A stretch of 64,000 nt of DNA from the human T2T-CHM13v2.0 reference genome, Homo sapiens. Positions 13,730 through 25,222 of the stretch are shown in pieces (position 1 is the first letter of the stretch; every line of letters begins with the position of its first letter). The stretch lies in the NCBI RefSeq assembly GCF_009914755.1, contig NC_060926.1; one strand, given 5' to 3'. The translations under genes and the position numbers were made by a program. The notes beneath the pieces are model-generated. The model did not search any database and was not told where the DNA came from. It was given only the letters and a program-made list of their open reading frames with translations.

Positions 13730-15150
13730 TTCCCTCTTTTCTACACCCATACTAAATATTGTCAACTCTTCTAATTTTTGCCAGTAGGACAGGTGCATTG
13801 TTATGTTAATTTTCATCTGTCCTTTTCACTGATGAGATGAATCATCTTCTCAATACTTGTTAGTTGCTTGTATTTCTTTCTTGGAAGTGATTATTCATAC
13901 TTCGATTCAGTTGAATTCCTCTCTTTTTTTTCTGTTTACTTGGAGTGTCTTTGTCCATATTTGCAATATTGATTCTTTGTTTTAAATGCTACCAGTTTTC
14001 ACAATTTATGTTTGATTGTTAATTTTACATATAATATTCTATTTTAAAGCAGATATTTAGTCACAAATGTATTTTCCAAATACTCCTCTTTTTCTATTGT
14101 TTTGTGTTTTTTCTTACCTCTACCGTATCCAGTGTACAACTTAAATATTTTTAAAAAATATTTTTAATGTGTCTATTACATTCACTTTTTTCTGACATTT
14201 CTACTTCAGTCCTTTTTTATTCTTTATATTAACCATTTCTGATTTATTATTTGTTAGGTTAAATTACAGTTCTTTTGTCTATTTTAATGTTATTATTTCA
14301 AGAAAAATCTTTTAGGTTGTGTTGAATCTCCCTTTTATTTTATTTTATATTTTGTTAATGCATGTTCATAAAATTTAATCTGTATCTTTTCCTCTTCAGA
14401 GGGTTTATTATGTTGCTTCTTTCTTTGTATTCTTGATTCTGAATGTCTAACCTAAAAATGCACATCGTTTTTACGAATAAACGTGAATTTCTTTTGAATT
14501 AACATGTTAGCAAAATTTCCTCCCTCATGTTTATATCTGTTAGTTTCCTGTTTTGTTCGCTACGAAATATTGAATAAATTCCCATTATAATTTCTTCTGA
14601 TACCTATTATACATCCAGGCATGTGTTCTAAAGATTCAAACTTTTCTTTTTTTCTTTTCTAATTAATTTGCCTCTTTCATTTTTCTTCACTGTTATTGAT
14701 GTTTAATACCTAGGTTGTAATATGTCTACATTTTATTAATGTTCCATGACCAAGCAAGGAGTTATAATTTCTAAGTGTGGGATATAGGCTTCTACATATT
14801 TCTAATACAAACTTGGTAATAGTATTGCATAGATATCCCACATATTTTCTGATTTTTTCTGCTTTAGTATTATTTAAGTAATTACGTCAGAAACTGCTAA
14901 AATTCTTACTTTATATATTTAGGTTTATATTTTACTAGTTTCATGTGATTAAATACATGTATATAAATTTCATATTTGTTATTAAAATTTTATTTGCATC
15001 TTTTTTAAAATTTACATTCTTTAGTTGAGTTTCTGTTCATTTCATCTTTTTTTAATATAAGCATTTTAACATATGTATTTAACACAAACACAGATTTTTC
15101 ATCTTAGTTTTCTCTTTCAATACTTTATTGTTAAATAACATATTTTGCAT
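13730..15150 (-). mobile_element. Highly diverged ancient L1 (L1M/L1ME) fragments
   Basis: T-rich antisense L1 motifs such as 'aatttttgccagt..tgatgagatgaatcatcttctca..ttagttgcttgtatttctt'. Boundaries are approximate. Confidence 0.5.
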
Positions 15151-15177
15151 TGTAATTTTCTTATTAATAAATATGTT

Positions 15178-15260
15178 TTATTAAATAAATGAATAAATTT
15201 ATCTTATTAAATGAATGAATAAAATTAATTTCTATTGAATAAATGAATAAAATTTATTTC
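15178..15260. repeat. Three degenerate ~28-bp tandem units (tattaaataaatgaataaaattt...)
   Basis: The unit recurs three times. Confidence 0.7.
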
Positions 15261-15374
15261 AAACATATTTTACAATTTCTACACTGTATAAATTTGACTC
15301 AATCAGTATTACTGAGTTCTACTGAGCAAGTAGTTTTACGAAATGGTGAATGACAATTTTTATTTTTTGTTAAT

Positions 15375-15703
15375 TTATTATTATTATTGTTATTATTATT
15401 ATTATTAGAGATGGAGTCTCATTCTATTGCCCAGGCTGGAGTGCAATCAGCCAAGATGGACGAGATCATAGCTCACTGCCACCTTGACCTCCTGAATTTA
15501 AATGATCTTTCCACCTCAGCCTCCCACATAGCTGGGACCACAGGCATGTGCCACCATTCTCGGTTAATTTTTTAATTTTTTGAAAGATAAAGTCTCACTG
15601 TGTTACAGTCCAGGCTAATCTTGAACCCCTAGGCTCAAATGATCCTTTCCATTTCAGCTTCCCAAGGTGCTGGGATTACAGGTGTGAGTCACTGTGCCAG
15701 GCC
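15375..15703 (-). mobile_element. AluJ with (TTA)n tail and small internal insertion
   Basis: AluJ-type 'gatcatagctcactgc' and 'aggctcaaatgatcc'. Extra 'cagccaagatgga' after 'ggagtgcaat'. Confidence 0.9.
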
Positions 15704-16359
15704 AAACATTTTTAAATATCTTATAAGTGTGATTGTAAAGAATTTATGGTTTTAGCTGTGGAATGCAGAATTTTTTTCTACAAAATCAATGTATTAAATA
15801 AGAAGTTTGTAGCTTTTATACTTTTATCATTTTTGTTAGTCTGACATCAATTTTTTATTTATTATTGAATTAGTTTTGGTTTAGAATTAGAGACTTTCTT
15901 GTTAAATATATATTTTTATAACTTATTTTTTATTAATATTGTGTTCTACATGTTAGTTAATATGGAGAATTCCTAGTTATATAGTTGGTTCCCAAAATAT
16001 TCAGACTTAGATACATGCTTTTGTTTCAAGAGTATGTTACAAATGGTCCAAAATCATAAGAGCTTGCCTTGTGTCTCCAATTCCAGAGGTATTACATAGT
16101 CCCACATTTAAGTAGTTGATTAGAAATAAATGCTTACACCAAAGTGATTGTAAAGGCAAAGACACAGAACTTGAGTTACTAAAATTTTGTCTTTCTATGT
16201 AACCATTTAGACTTTTTAATTGTGTTTGAATTTGTTTTTTTCGGTTCTATAGTCTTTCTTATTTTCTTTTTGGACTTTCATTTTAGGTACAGGGATAAAA
16301 ATACATGATATTTCACAGTACTAGTGTTTTTCTCTTTTCCCTATTATACAATTTTCTTC

Positions 16360-16770
16360 TGTATCAGTCAGCATCAAGAAAAAACAGGATTATACTCTAA
16401 TCATTGTAGTTGAAAATAGAATTATTTGAAAACACAACTAATGACAAAGATGTAGGAGCAATTTAGAGAAACTTTGATGGACAGTGCAAGAACCCAAGGT
16501 TAAGAGAGGACTCATTAGTACAGACTAATGAGAAGAAGTGGAAGAGGCTGACTTGAGGCCCATCATAGTACATTTGCAGGAGGATAGCCAGATTATTATT
16601 AGGAGGTCTCATTATTACTAAGAGGTCTCATTCTCCTCCCTCCCTTCATTTCCCACAGAAACTACTCTTTGGCCAACTCGGTCAGAAAGCACTTTGTTAA
16701 TAAAGGCCACCTAGTTTTATCTCTTTAGTCAGAAAATACATAGGAGAAAGGTGAAAACTAAATCTGAAGT
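16360..16770 (-). mobile_element. Diverged ERVL LTR (LTR33-like)
   Basis: Begins 'tgtatcagtcag' and continues 'acaaagatgtagg..agagaaac..gacagtgca', resembling the antisense LTR33 terminus. Confidence 0.45.
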
Positions 16771-16944
16771 TTTTAAGAACCCCAACTTGGCTTTTCCTAT
16801 TGTTACTTGGCTCACTCCATGTGCCAGAAAGAAATGCAGGGATTCTGTCACTTATTAACTATTTATGTTCAAGCTATATATTTTGCAAACAAGTAACCAT
16901 AGAGTACATTTATAGTTTTATTGTACCCACTATTATATATTGTT

Positions 16945-17870
16945 TGACAGAAAAAAAACCTTAACCTCTATCTTCTTAGTACCTGGCGCCTGTGAATTAA
17001 ATGGGAACGAGATAGATTAACAGAAGAAAAGGCATCCATTTTTATTTAATTTTAAATTTATATTTATTTTATTTAATTTTAAATTTAACCATTTTAACAA
17101 ACAGCAGTAAATTATGGAGAGCTGTCTAGACAAAGGAAAGGGACTTGATTTTCTAAGGCTAAAAATTATAGGAAAATGACAAGAAAACATATGGGGAAAC
17201 TAAGAAAACATAACGTCTGCTATGAGTTGAATGTGGTGTCCTCTCTAAAATTTATGTTGAAACTTAGGTATTATTAAGAGGTGGGGCTTAAGGGGAAGTG
17301 GTTAAGTCATGAGAGCTCTGCCCTCATTAGTAGATTAATGCCCTTATGAAAGAGGCTTCAGAAAGAGCTTACACTTCTTGCCCCTCCATCCATTCCATCA
17401 CATGAGGACACAGCTTTTCTCCCCTTCTGAGGATGCAGTAACACGGCTCCATCTTGGAAGTGGAGAGCAGCCATCTCCAGACAGCAATTTTGCTGATACT
17501 TTGATTTTAAACTTTGCAGATTGCATACTGTAAGAAATAAATGTTTGCTCTTTATAAGTTACCCAGTCTCTGGTATTTTGTTATAGCAGCACAAATGGAG
17601 TAGGACAGGGGTTATTTTAGTATAGTTTGTTTATGCAGATTCATCTTCAATCCTGCTCTCTGTCTTGGGTTTCTCTCTTCATCCTGGTATGGGAGAGGGA
17701 AGAAATTTAAGTTTACTTTTACCTTCACAAGAGTAAATTAATATCCTGCATTTAGGTACGTAGGAGGGCAGAGAACTCTTCCTGTAACTATTGATTCTTA
17801 ATTGTCCTTAGCTCAGAATAAACCTTATGCCAAAGTGGCATATTTTTAGTGCATATTCCAATTCCTTTTA
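16945..17870 (-). mobile_element. MER34-family ERV1 LTR, split by an MST insertion
   Basis: Right end 'ccttagctcagaataaaccttatgccaaagtggcatattttt' is the reverse complement of the MER34 5' end. Confidence 0.75.
17218..17607 (+). mobile_element. MSTC/MSTD-type MaLR solo LTR
   Basis: 'tgctatgagttgaatgt' to 'gttatagcagcacaaatggagtaggaca' are complete MST termini. Confidence 0.88.
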
Positions 17871-17879
17871 ATATGCTAG

Positions 17880-19555
17880 ATCCCAAATTTGACCTGCCAC
17901 ATAATCTTCTTAAATCTCTACTGGTGGGCTATTCTCACATTTCAGATTTCCAGTGATAAGTATAAGTTCAGATTTAAAAGCTTAACTCTTACTGGTTAGT
18001 AACTTTCTAATAATAACAAAGATCTTATTATTTCCCTCTTCCTAGGGGATCACTCCAGATTCCCTTCAGCAAACTGGGGAAAGATTTATAGGATATAGTT
18101 GTGTGTCTATTAAAGGATACTTCCTAAAATAGACACAGAATCCTAATCAATTAACTCTTTACAGCTCTATAAATTGGCCTGTGAACTAAGTATGGAAAGA
18201 CTTTTGTGAATCCCCACAGTAATGATTTTACTTAGACATCTGTCCATCAGACTTAGATGTTTTTTTTCTATCTATATCATATAGAATGTTTGTAGGCTGC
18301 CCATTATTTTATTTCTAGGGAACATGTGTTTAATTGGCCATTTCCCAAGATCCCTTAGAATCAAAAGTCTCCGGTAGCTATTTGTCCTCATTATCTATAC
18401 TGTAATTACGTTTACCTTCTTTGTGATGGATAACTAACAATCAGATCTGGCTTCTGTTATTCTAGCATCACATTATTTCGACTAAGATTAGGAATAAATC
18501 CCACTGAAGTATCACCAACTCTCGTCTTTTTATGTAGTGTGCAACTACCACCAATCTCCCCAGGAATGGCAATGCCTCCCCCATTACCAGCATATCTCTT
18601 AACGCCTTAGGGAACAGCCTTCTCTGGGCCCTCTTCGTGGGTGTGACTATGGAAGTGCTGAGCAGCTTGCCTGCCACAACAAATCTATTTGAGCATCTCC
18701 TTTTCCCCGAGTCATTGTAACTCTTTTTTTTATGCCACGGAGATTGTTGCATTTCACCTTCATGGCAGGCCGTCATTTAGTCCAAGCTCTTAGTAAGTTA
18801 CCTAGAAGATCAACCCTTGAATTGAGAAATATGCTTGGATTATGTCTCATTATGGACATAGAATGAGAGGTGATAGAAATATATCCAAAGTAAATCAGTA
18901 ACAGCTCAAGAAGCTGTTGTCTCAAGGAATAGTCATTAAAAGGATTTTATTTGCGAGTTGAAAGGAGTGTGAAGCTTCACAGTTCACTTCCTCATTCATG
19001 TTTGCCCAAATGTTCCCATGCCATGTCCTAGTTCTCTCTTCTTCCCCAGCAGTGCCCTTATACTTCAGTGTAAGATGACTCATAAGGTTGAGCACTAATC
19101 AGCCTTGCAATTCTGCTGCCAGGCTCGTGGCCCTCAGCCTCATCTGGATGCACCAGTAGGAGTTGAGGAACTCCTACAATACTGACAAGGAAGATTTCTT
19201 GCTTGCCATATGTATTTTAATTATGTATTTGCAGCTTTTAATTTTGTTTTCTTAATATAGAGTCTTTAAATCCCTCAGAAGAAACCAGAGAACACAGTTT
19301 TATAAAAATCATTTTTGTCATAGTGACCAATCTCCACAGTCACTCAATCCTTCTGTTCCTTTCTTTCCACTCACCTTTTATTTCATGCTTCCACCAGTAA
19401 TTATTTGAATAACCATGTTGCCAACACACAACATGTATTATTTCCATCTCTCACAGCAAGAATGATATCTCCAATGCTCTCAAATATATTTTCAATCCAA
19501 TCGATGAAACCCATCTTTAAGTCTGTTTCCTGAAGCTGTTTCCATTAGTTACTCT
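17880..19555 (-). mobile_element. ERV-L-class internal remnant including gag
   Basis: ORF 18468-18776 segment 'FPKALRDMLVMGEALPFLGRLVV' resembles ERV-L gag 'FTKALRNALVRGAPASLKSSVV'. Confidence 0.55.
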
Positions 19556-19556
19556 C

Positions 19557-20341
19557 TGTATTAGGAATTGTACAAAAAAGAAATGGAATACATATTTAAA
19601 GTAGCACAATTTAAAAAGTTTTGCTTATAAAGGGACTGAGTACAAAAGAAGATGGAAAGGGTAGTTGGGGGAAGTGGGGATGGTGAATAGGTACAAAATA
19701 TAGTTAGAATGAATAAAATCTAGTATTTGGTCACATGACAGGGTGACTGCAGTCAACAATAATTTATTGTACATTTTAAAATAACTATAAGAGTATAACT
19801 GGATCATTTATAATACAAATGATAACTGACTGCAGTTTTGGGTAGCCTATTTACCCTGATGCATTATTGCATGTCGTATCTCTCTATTAAAACGCCTCAT
19901 GTACTGCATAAATATATACACATACTAGGTACCCTCAAAATTTTTTTCAAAAATAGAAGTCAGGTGTGGAGTGAGTTTAATACCCTGTGACTTGTGGCAG
20001 TAGAGATGTTACCATCTATTTGCCTCAGGGAACAGGTGAAAGGAGCAATACTGGGCACGAAGGTCATGTAGAGGTGGCCACAAAGAAAGTGATCGTGATC
20101 ATCACTTGGGAGAAACTGTTGCAGCTCAAGCTGAACTAGACACAGGAAACCATCTTTTGGTTCAACTCTCTTGCATTTTTCCAGTATTTTATATGGACTC
20201 ACTGTAAGGTAAATCTACCTGGAGGAGAGAGGACACAGAAGTTTGGTGAATAGTTTACACTGCTCAGCCTTCTGGAACAGGCAGAAGAGTGGAGAAAAGG
20301 AAAGTGGGTATGAAAGGAAAAAATAGAAGACTTCCAGCACA
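19557..20341 (-). mobile_element. LTR33-like ERVL LTR interrupted by L1MA
   Basis: Starts 'tgtattagg..ataaagggact..tacaaa' and ends 'gaagacttccagcaca' (reverse complement of TGTGCTGGA...). Confidence 0.6.
19648..19950 (+). mobile_element. L1MA (L1MA2/3-like) 3'UTR
   Basis: 'tagttagaatgaataaaatctagtatttg..cagggtgactgcagtcaacaataatttattgtacattttaaaataac'. Confidence 0.85.
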
Positions 20342-20581
20342 TTCTCTTATGCTTCTTCCCTAAATTAATTATTTTTTAATATTAGAATTTCTCCCTCAGC
20401 TTGTTTTCTTTGACATTTCTATAACTTTTTTTCTCTTGAGTTTTAGTTTTGGCATGTGCCTTTGATTTGGGTCTTTTGAAGGCATGATATCATATAATTG
20501 TAAATCCAATTTGATCATATTGGATATTTGTGTATTAATAATAAAAGTAATTGTTTTTACATGAAATTATACTTATGGATT

Positions 20582-20922
20582 CTATCAGTCATTTATTGCC
20601 GTGTAACAAGGCTCGCTAAACTAACAACATGACATTTCCCTTGTTTAGCTGGTGCATCTGTGGGTCCATTGGGTGTTGCCTGACCCAGCTGGGTTTGGCT
20701 AGGACCTGTGCCCTAGCGTGGGATTACTCCATGTGTGTTGCTATCTCCCCTTGGCAACCAGAGCATTACCAAGACGTCTTCTAATAAAGAAAGTGGCAAA
20801 ACACAGGGGGTGGTGAAATAAATTTCTCCCATTTAATGGAAAGAAACACAAAGAGCCATGGTAAAAGATGTGAATACGGGTAGAAGTGAAGTATTAGGGC
20901 TAAGAATGTGATATATCGCACT
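20582..20922 (-). mobile_element. Old MLT1 (H/I/J-like) LTR
   Basis: 'tatcagtcatttattgccgtgtaacaa', 'gggtagaagtgaagtattagggc'. Confidence 0.55.
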
Positions 20923-23192
20923 AACAATTTAGAATGAATATGTGTCTGTTTATTTTATCAACACTTTATTTTCTCTTAGTAATCTTTTGTGGGACTAAGC
21001 TCTTAATATTCCATTCTTTCCCGTGGTATTTTGAAAATATTCACCGTGTTGCTTCTATTTTATGATTATCATAATATCTAAAATACACACAGAACTATAT
21101 GGTTTTATTATATACTCTATTATATATTATATAATTGATTATGCATTATTGTACATTGTATTTATATTCTAAGTTTCTTAATATTTATTTTCTTTCTCTG
21201 AAGTTCATATTATTTGTATTTTTATATTAAGCAATAGCTGCATCTTGCTTTTATGGTTTAAGTGTTTAGTTTTAACCTTTTGAAAATAAAGCACTATATT
21301 TGTTGTTTTATTATTTATTTAACAGTTGTGAACTAAACCAAACCATTCACAAAATTTTTATTCTATTTATCATGGTAGTCATAAAAATATTTGTGATGAT
21401 AATTGATACATAGAACCTTGCTACCAGGTTTGAATGAGTTAATTTTAGAATATCTTTTTCCGTTCAAATGTAAATTGTTTTGTAAAATGGCATTCATACA
21501 TTTACATTCTGTTAACCTGAAGTCCCAGTTTCTTGTCCTTTGATTTACTCAGATTACCACCTTGCAGAACATATTCATTGCCAGCACACAGAGCAATATC
21601 CCCAATGCACAATTATGTCACCATTTATAGAATGAAGCACTCTCAACTTATCTTAACCATAGTTTAGACACAGTTATTTACATGTCAAGCTTTAGGCACC
21701 ATTCCTGAGTGCAGACTATAAGCTTCAATAGATTCTTAAACTGTTTCAGTGAGGATGTAGTATACATTATATTTTCATTTAAAGTGTCCTTACGCCAATT
21801 CACAACACCCTAATTTCACCAATAAAAACCTGTTTCTGACACTTGTCAGGCTAATTAACAAAATATCTGGTGTTTATTGGAGTTAACAATAAAGTGAGAG
21901 TTTAAGTAGCTGCCACCAACTATGGAATTTCTGATAATGCCGTGTGTCCACTCTATTAGTAATATGCTAATATTCTGATCAGAAATGCATTCTGCCACTG
22001 AAGTGTAGCTTATAGTAACACATGCACTTTTAACAGCAGCAATGATGAAACAGTCTAAGTTGTAGGCATTGTAACATCAGTTAATAGTTAATCATTTATC
22101 AGCATATTTTACCTGTTTTAAGCTTAGTTTTTCCATATATTACTCTGCTTAATTTTTCATGTACTAAAATTAGATGCAAATAGTTTTGACACAAGGTGAT
22201 ATATGTTCATAAAATTCACAACATTATTTAAAATTGTGCAATAAAAAATAAATGACTTTTGTATAAAATGGAATTTAGGACACAATACTCACACATATCA
22301 TAAAAATGATAGGAATCTAATAAAAATGATGGCATAGTTTTATACATGATCAGTGTTTAAGAAATACATAAGATCTATAATACATATTGCACATTCCTGG
22401 AAAAAGACTGAATTTTGCTTGTCAAAGTGGATGTAAGAGGGGTTTTAACTTTTGAGTTATTGCTAAGTGGTGGAAATGGATTCTATGAAATCAGAAAGAA
22501 AGTTGTACCAGAGGGAGGTGGTTGCTTACAGAGAGAGCCTATGGATTTTTGAAGTTTGTGTGTTTCCATGTGCCATGATTCATTTGGGTGCAGTTTTTTT
22601 TTTTTTTTAATTTACCCAGTGTTTCTCATGCATAGAGTGAAGAAATGTAAAATTTGTGTTGCTCTCAGATTATTCCCCAGTGTATCAATTGCTTTGAAAC
22701 ATATTCATGTTTTTAAAACAAACTTAATAACAGATCTGACTGCATAATTTTAGCATTTTTTCCTATTTGACTTTCTATAAAATTTAAGTGATTTTTGCCT
22801 TATTATACTGAAAATTTGTTTTTTCTCACTCTTGCATCATAGTATGACTAGGTGTAGAATTGAAGAGTGAGTGTTTTTGTGTGTTTGTTCAATTACTTCA
22901 GTATGTTTTGGTGTCCTTGGTTGCTGATGAGAGGTCTGTCCTCCATTTTTGTGGGTAATCTTTCTTTCTACCCTCTGTTGGATATACATGTTTTCTGTTA
23001 GCTTCCTTGAATTGCCGTTTCAGTAAGTAAGTCTGAGTATATATTTAATTGTTTTTATACTATTTAGCCCTACAGTGTGTTCATATCAGGATTTATACTT
23101 TGTTCACTTCTCTAAAATTTTCAGTATGTATCTCTTCACATGTTTTCTTTCGTTCTTTTCTTTCAGGACTCCTGTTAGGAAAAATTACAGTA

Positions 23193-23475
23193 CCTTTTCT
23201 TCCCTCTCCTCTACCCTCCCCTCCTCTCCCCCCTCTTCCCCTCCTCTCTCCTCTCCTCTCCTCTTCTTTCTCTTCTCCTCACCTCTCCTTTTCTTTCTCC
23301 TCTTCTCTTCCCTTCCTCCCTTTCTTCCTCCCCGCTTTCCTCCCTCTTTCTTTTTTCTTTCCTTCTCTCTCCCTCTTTTTCTGTCTCCTTTTCTCCTTCC
23401 TTCCTTCATTAATTCATTCCACCTTTCTCTTTTTCTCTCTCTTTCTCTTTCTCCCTTTTTTCCTCTCAGTTTCTT
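23193..23475. repeat. Polypyrimidine/polypurine CT-rich tract (~280 bp)
   Basis: Almost pure C/T on the + strand. Confidence 0.95.
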
Positions 23476-23597
23476 TGAGTCCTTAAATTGGATCCTGAAA
23501 GTCAATATTATCTTTTACTATTTTATTATATAGTACACTATCGAACTATTAGCATATCATTAAATCGTCACAGCTTCTTCAACTCTGCCCTTATGCA

Positions 23598-23901
23598 TTT
23601 TTGAATAACTTTTATTGGTATATAATTTACATACAATAAAATACACACATTTATAATATGCAATTTGGTATTTTGACAATTGTATGCATTCATGTAATTT
23701 GGTATTTTGACAATTATATGCATTCATATCATATTCAAGATACAAAATATTTCTATCATCAGAAGTTCTTTCATTCTCTTTTGCAATCAATTGGCGACTG
23801 CCAAACTAGGCAACCATTGATTATTTCCATGAAGATAGATGAGTTGTGTTCAGTCTAGATTTTGGACTATTCACTATGTACTCTTCTGTTTCTGGCTTTT
23901 A

Positions 23902-23932
<31 letters not shown>

Positions 23933-23933
23933 C

Positions 23934-23972
<39 letters not shown>

Positions 23973-24310
23973 TATTCTAATTCATCAATATTCTGCCCTG
24001 GATGGATGGCTTATTTCATTTTATTGCTGAGTGCCATTAAATTGTATTTATCCATTTCCAATTATCTGATATTTGGGTTGTTTCTTGCTTGCGGCTATTA
24101 TGAATAAAGCTACTATGTATGTTTGTATGTAAATGTAAAAGTCTAAAATTGCATCTCTGGATCACATGGTTAGTGTATATTTTATTGTATAAGAAACTGC
24201 CAACATGCTTTCCAAAATGGTTTATGGCTTACACTCACACCAGTAAAGTATAAGAGTTGTAGTTAGTCTGTATCGTCACATTGGGCATTGATGTTTTTTT
24301 AATTTAGACA
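23598..24310 (-). mobile_element. Old L1 (L1MC/ME-type) 3' end with 34-bp tandem duplication and embedded microsatellite
   Basis: 'aacttttattggtatataatttacatacaataaaatacacacattt' and 'ataagaaactgccaa..ttccaaaatgg'. Confidence 0.75.
23906..23974. repeat. (TG)n-(TA)n compound microsatellite
   Basis: Directly visible. Confidence 0.97.
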
Positions 24311-25010
24311 ACTACAGTTTAAAATAAGCTCATTTTCAGAAAAAGTTTTTTTTTTAATTTCCTTCCCTCTCTCTTTTGTCTCTAAATATCAGTGAGAGAC
24401 ACGTTAAGTGTCTTGGGTCAGTATTTGTTGGTCTGCAATTTCTAATAAGATTCACCACTAATCAGCAGATTTTATTTGCTTTTTTAAATTTTTCAATTGC
24501 AGTGAGCATGGCTTAGATCTTCCTTCAATATTGAATATTTTTATTTCAGTTTTCCACATAAGCAGTCAAACTTTCAGTCTTTACCTCAAACTCTGTTTAC
24601 ACATTTTCATTTCTGTTTCATGTCTAGGTCATGAAAATAATTGTTTTGCTTTGATTGTGAATATTAACTTTTGTTTTTTTCTCTTTTATGTGTTGGCTGT
24701 TATTATGACATGTTTAGAACACAAAGCATTTATAAACTCACAGAGCTATTTAATCTTGTGTTAGAAGTCCATTTGGAAGTATTTTATTTCATCTTGTTTC
24801 AGGCATTTGCTTTCAGATTTTGCTGAACAAATATGCGTTGAATTTTATTAGCTTAAAAAACAAGGTTTATTAAATTAAAAGTGTGTTAAAAATTGTTTGA
24901 CGTACATACATATACACACATGTATACACATTTACATATTTTTAAATGTTTATATTTTTTAATTTAAAAATTATATATATATGTTGATATATATATATAT
25001 ATATAATTTA

Positions 25011-25222
25011 GAAGTTGTACCTTTTGACCTATATTGTACCATTTCAAAGGCACAAACTTGTACTTACGTAGAATAGATAAGTCTAGAGATCAAATGTCTA
25101 ACATGACGTCTATAGTTACAATATTTCACAATAAAAAGGGGAATTATGGAAGATGATAGATGTGTTAATTTGCTTGAATGAAGCAATTATTTCACTATGC
25201 ATATCAAAACATTATGTTCTAT
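25011..25222 (+). mobile_element. L1MA (L1MA8-10-like) 3'UTR fragment with short inverted 5' piece
   Basis: 'caaaggcacaaactt..agataagtctagagatc..gatgtgttaatttgcttga..atcaaaacat', preceded by antisense 'gaagttgtaccttttgacc'. Confidence 0.65.

Noticed and set aside
23049-24107. 145/152/106-aa ORFs and CV/IY-repeat ORFs
   Set aside because: Open only because CT-rich and dinucleotide repeats lack stop codons.
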